From: Ilumatobacteraceae bacterium
GTDB taxonomy: Bacteria; Actinomycetota; Acidimicrobiia; Acidimicrobiales; Ilumatobacteraceae
Length of the DNA: 64,000 bases
Direction of reading: 5' to 3'
NCBI GenBank assembly: GCA_963718705.1
Contig: OY970375.1
Location: forward strand, 3,461,701-3,525,700
The first letter of the stretch is position 1, and each line of letters begins with the position of its first letter. A program made the translations under genes and the position numbers. Positions 61,340-64,000 of the stretch are shown here, piece after piece. Below the pieces are notes generated by a model. It was not told where the DNA came from and did no database searches. It saw only the letters and a program-made list of their open reading frames with translations.

Positions 61340-61376
61340 AACGTTCACGTTGTGTCAGACACAACGTGAACGTTCA
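61340..61376. repeat. palindrome copy e: aacgttcacgttgtgtc-a-gacacaacgtgaacgtt (inner arm variant cacgt/acgtg, compensated on both arms)
   Basis: Immediately downstream of the stop of the minus-strand ABC substrate-binding gene. Confidence 0.9.
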
Positions 61377-61382
61377 CGCGTG

Positions 61383-62669
61383 TCAGGCGCCGCCCTCGGC
61401 GAGGGTGACCTCGATCGGGGCATACGAGGCACCGGCCAGGTCGAGACCCATCGAATCCAGCAGCGCCCAAGCCGCCTCCACGATGTCGTTCGTGTAGGCG
61501 CCGTCGGTCGGCGGTGCGGTCAGGACCGTGGCGCCTTCCAGGTTGGGGGTGCCCAGGGCGATCTCGACGGTGCGGTCCCAGGCGGCCGGATCGATGTAGC
61601 CGATGCCGTTCGGGGCCGGCCAGACGAGATTGTTGATCTCGTTCATCTGCCACAACTGATGCGACGCACCGAGCGTGGGCCCGGCGGCGAGCACGATGTC
61701 GGCGCACGACTGCACGTTGTCACGGCAGTAGGTCCACCCCGCCAGAGACGCAGCGACGAAACGGGTCGCCATGTCCTTGTAGTCGGCGTCGCTGTGGAGC
61801 TTGGCGGCGTCGGCCCAGATCGCGTCCTGGAGCATGCCCACGCCTTCGGCTTCGTAGCTGACGACGTTGAAGTCATCGGCGGTGTAGAGCTCGCCGGTGT
61901 CGGGGTTGACGGCTTCCAGCACCTGGGCGTACTCGTTGTACGTCATCGCCTCGGCGGCGTCGATCGAACCGTCGAGCAGGGCGACCATGTCGAAGTTCTG
62001 GCCGACCAGCGTGACGTCGGTCGCCGGGTCGAGACCCGCCTTGCCGAGCGCCGCGAACACCTCGTACTCGTTGCCGAAGCCCCAGTTGCCGATGTTCTTG
62101 CCGGCGAAATCGGCGGCGGACGTGATGTTCTTGTCCTTGAACGACACCTGCAAGGTGCCGGACCGCTGGAAGATCTGGGCGATGTCCACGATGTCGGCGC
62201 CTGCTTCACGACTGGCGAGCGCCTTGGGAACCCACGAGATGGCGAAGTCGGCGTCGCCGTTGGCGAGCTGCGTCTGCGGCACGATGTCGACGCCGCCTTC
62301 GAGGATCTCGACGTCGAGGCACATGTCCTCGTAGAAGCCCTGGTCGACGGCGGCGTAATAGCCGGCGAACTGGGCCTGCGTGAACCACTGCAGCTGGAGT
62401 TTGACCGGCTGCGGTGTGTCGCAGGCGGCAGCCGGGGCTTCGGTGGCAGGTGCTTCAGTGGCGGGCGCCTCCGTCGCCGGTGCCTCGGTGGCGGCCGGAG
62501 CTGCCTCGGTCTCGACCGGGGCGGCTTCGGTGTCGGCCGGCGCTGCGTCGGTCTCGACCGGCGCTGCGTCGGTGGCGGTGGATGCTGCTTCGTCGCTGCC
62601 GCATGCGGTGGCGATCAATGCCAGCGATGCCAACGCTGCTGCAGCACGACGGCTGGTACGGGTCTTCAT
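61383..62669 (-). CDS. ABC transporter substrate-binding lipoprotein, NMT1/THI5-like (NitT/TauT family)
   Basis: Lipobox LALIATACGS, an Ala/Thr/Glu-rich linker, then NMT1/THI5-like domain motifs (…LQLQWFTQAQFAGYYAAVDQGFYED…). Confidence 0.8.
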   Translation of the reverse strand: MKTRTSRRAAAALASLALIATACGSDEAASTATDAAPVETDAAPADTEAAPVETEAAPAATEAPATEAPATEAPATEAPAAACDTPQPVKLQLQWFTQAQFAGYYAAVDQGFYEDMCLDVEILEGGVDIVPQTQLANGDADFAISWVPKALASREAGADIVDIAQIFQRSGTLQVSFKDKNITSAADFAGKNIGNWGFGNEYEVFAALGKAGLDPATDVTLVGQNFDMVALLDGSIDAAEAMTYNEYAQVLEAVNPDTGELYTADDFNVVSYEAEGVGMLQDAIWADAAKLHSDADYKDMATRFVAASLAGWTYCRDNVQSCADIVLAAGPTLGASHQLWQMNEINNLVWPAPNGIGYIDPAAWDRTVEIALGTPNLEGATVLTAPPTDGAYTNDIVEAAWALLDSMGLDLAGASYAPIEVTLAEGGA

Positions 62670-63451
62670 GTTGTTGCTCCCCCGGGGCTCGCGCCCCGTC
62701 TGTGTGTTGTGAGATTCTCCAGAATGACGGAGACCAGGTAGAACGTGAGTCCGAGCGCACAGGCTCCCATGACGTACGCCCACGCCACGGCGTTCTTCGA
62801 ATTCGACATGTTCGAGGTGATCCGGTTGCCGAGACCATTCTGACTCCCGCCGAAGTACTCCGCCACGAAGGCCGTGATCACCGACGTCGGGGCGGCGATC
62901 TTGAGCGCCGTGAACAGGTACGGGATCGCGTTCGGGATGCGCGCCTTCACGAGCACGTCGATCGGCGAGGCGGCGTACGACTGCAACAGCTCGGCGTGCG
63001 TGGGGTGCACCTGCCGCAAGCCTTTGGCGACGTTGACGAGCACGATGAAAAAGACGATCAACGTGGCCATCAGGCGCCGCGGCATCTCGCTGGTCGCCGG
63101 GTACTGGTTGATGAAGATCGACACCAGCACCACGATCGGAATCGCGTTGAGTGCCACCGCCATCGGTGTGACGAGTTCGTTGAGCAAGCGGAACCGCATC
63201 AGCACGAAGCTGGCGGCGATGCCGAGCAGCGTGCCGGCGATCAACCCGACCAGCGCGTTGGCGCCCGACACCATCGAGGCGTCCTTGACCAGGCGCCAGT
63301 TGTCGCCGAACGCCGAGGCGATCGCCGTGGGTGCCGGCAGGAAGTACGGCTTGAGGTCGAACCCTTTGACGATCGCCTGCCAGAGGCCCAGCCCGATCAC
63401 CCCGAATACGGCCGGGGCGATCACCACATCGAGACTGCGAACCGACTTCAT
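62666..63451 (-). CDS. ABC transporter permease (NitT/TauT family)
   Basis: 6 TM helices and an EAA-like loop. Overlaps the substrate-binding gene start by 4 bp. Confidence 0.85.
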   Translation of the reverse strand: MKSVRSLDVVIAPAVFGVIGLGLWQAIVKGFDLKPYFLPAPTAIASAFGDNWRLVKDASMVSGANALVGLIAGTLLGIAASFVLMRFRLLNELVTPMAVALNAIPIVVLVSIFINQYPATSEMPRRLMATLIVFFIVLVNVAKGLRQVHPTHAELLQSYAASPIDVLVKARIPNAIPYLFTALKIAAPTSVITAFVAEYFGGSQNGLGNRITSNMSNSKNAVAWAYVMGACALGLTFYLVSVILENLTTHRRGASPGGATT

Positions 63452-64000
63452 CGATCGTCCACCCCGCCGAACCCGCGCCCGTGGGCGCCCGCCTCCACGT
63501 TGCGCAAGGCGTCGCGGACCTGGGTGATCGTGGCGTAGAACCGTTCGTCGTCGCGGGTGTCGTCGCTGCGGTTGCGTCCGAGGTCGACCGGGATCACGTC
63601 GGTGATCCGGCCGGGCCGGGGCGACATGACCACGACCTTGCTCGACAGGTAGACGGCCTCGGGGATCGAGTGCGTGACAAACACCACCGTGGTGTCGGTG
63701 GCGGCGCAGATGCCGAGCAGCTCGGCCTGCATGTGTTCACGGGTCATCTCGTCGAGGGCGCCGAACGGTTCGTCCATCAGCAGCAACTGAGGATGCGCCG
63801 CCAGGGCGCGGGCGATGGCGACGCGTTGTTGCATGCCCCCCGAGAGTTGCCAGGGCATGTGTCGGGCGAATTCCGGGAGTTTGACGAGTTCGAGCATTTC
63901 GTGTGCGCGTGCCCGGCGCTTGGCCTTGTCCCAGCCCTTCAACTCGAGCGGCAGCTCGATGTTCTTCTCGACCGTGCGCCAGTCGAACAGCCCGGCCTGC
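63448..64000 (-). CDS. ABC transporter ATP-binding protein, 5'-partial (N-terminus beyond window end)
   Basis: ABC signature [15 protein letters not shown], Walker [13 protein letters not shown] and H-loop VTHS are present. Walker A lies upstream of 64000. Confidence 0.85.
   Translation of the reverse strand, partial: QAGLFDWRTVEKNIELPLELKGWDKAKRRARAHEMLELVKLPEFARHMPWQLSGGMQQRVAIARALAAHPQLLLMDEPFGALDEMTREHMQAELLGICAATDTTVVFVTHSIPEAVYLSSKVVVMSPRPGRITDVIPVDLGRNRSDDTRDDERFYATITQVRDALRNVEAGAHGRGFGGVDDR

Noticed and set aside
30891-61497. Family of small ORFs beginning MCLTQLER, MFKLCQTQLEH or MCQTQRERS (30891-31244 +, 59168-60490 -, 61126-61314 -, 61282-61497 +, 61350-62741 +)
   Set aside because: All arise from translating the conserved palindrome ACGTTCAAGTTGTGTCNGACACAACTTGAACGT in either direction. 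They are repeat artefacts, not a gene family.
62670-62790. Possible TPP riboswitch upstream of the NMT1/THI5-like substrate-binding gene
   Set aside because: The substrate-binding gene overlaps the upstream permease gene by 4 bp, with the ATPase, permease and binding genes forming an operon. There is no 5' leader, and no CUGAGA/GGGG(U/A)GC TPP-box motifs were found.

Overview
This is a high-GC (about 70%) actinobacterial chromosome segment. It carries the conserved cell-division/cell-wall kinase neighbourhood in the same order as the M. tuberculosis leuT to Rv0010c region, except that pknA is absent: tRNA-Leu(CAG), fhaA, fhaB, pstP, rodA, pbpA, pknB, a TRIC-like channel, trpG/pabA, a flotillin and crgA. 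The first 19 kb (about 889 to 19015) is an integrated, heavily decayed mobile element inserted at the 3' end of tRNA-Leu(CAG). A 25-bp perfect direct repeat flanks the element, and GGTAGAAGT arm-type repeats sit inside both ends. The element carries a tyrosine integrase with at least 5 frameshifts, a MobF/TraA relaxase with at least 5 frameshifts, a Dcm cytosine methyltransferase pseudogene, an excisionase-like HTH, an XRE regulator, an RHH protein, an MNT nucleotidyltransferase, a Fic protein and a large YD-repeat protein. Right of the element lie housekeeping genes (thiolase, fadD, GabT-like aminotransferase, ferredoxin-reductase-like, ROK kinase, alkB, spoU, lprG, P55-like MFS, a GntR regulator and an ABC transporter), a RES-Xre toxin-antitoxin pair and two giant secreted repeat proteins. 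The first is a 2239-aa carboxypeptidase-regulatory-like/PKD adhesin with three perfect 564-bp tandem repeats. The second is a protein with five lamin-tail-domain repeats. Non-coding structure the gene calls do not explain includes a family of 33 to 45 bp perfect palindromes (5 copies, each just downstream of a stop codon, with compensatory arm substitutions), DnaA-box-like TTGTCCACA clusters downstream of crgA and inside the element, and a 38-bp repeat family (TGCACCAAAGCG core) flanking rodA. Several otherwise conserved genes (pbpA, the P55-like MFS, alkB, fic, the lamin-tail-domain protein C-terminus and the adhesin start) carry single frameshifts, so the assembly probably contains some indel errors. 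The frameshift density inside the element is much higher and looks like genuine decay.
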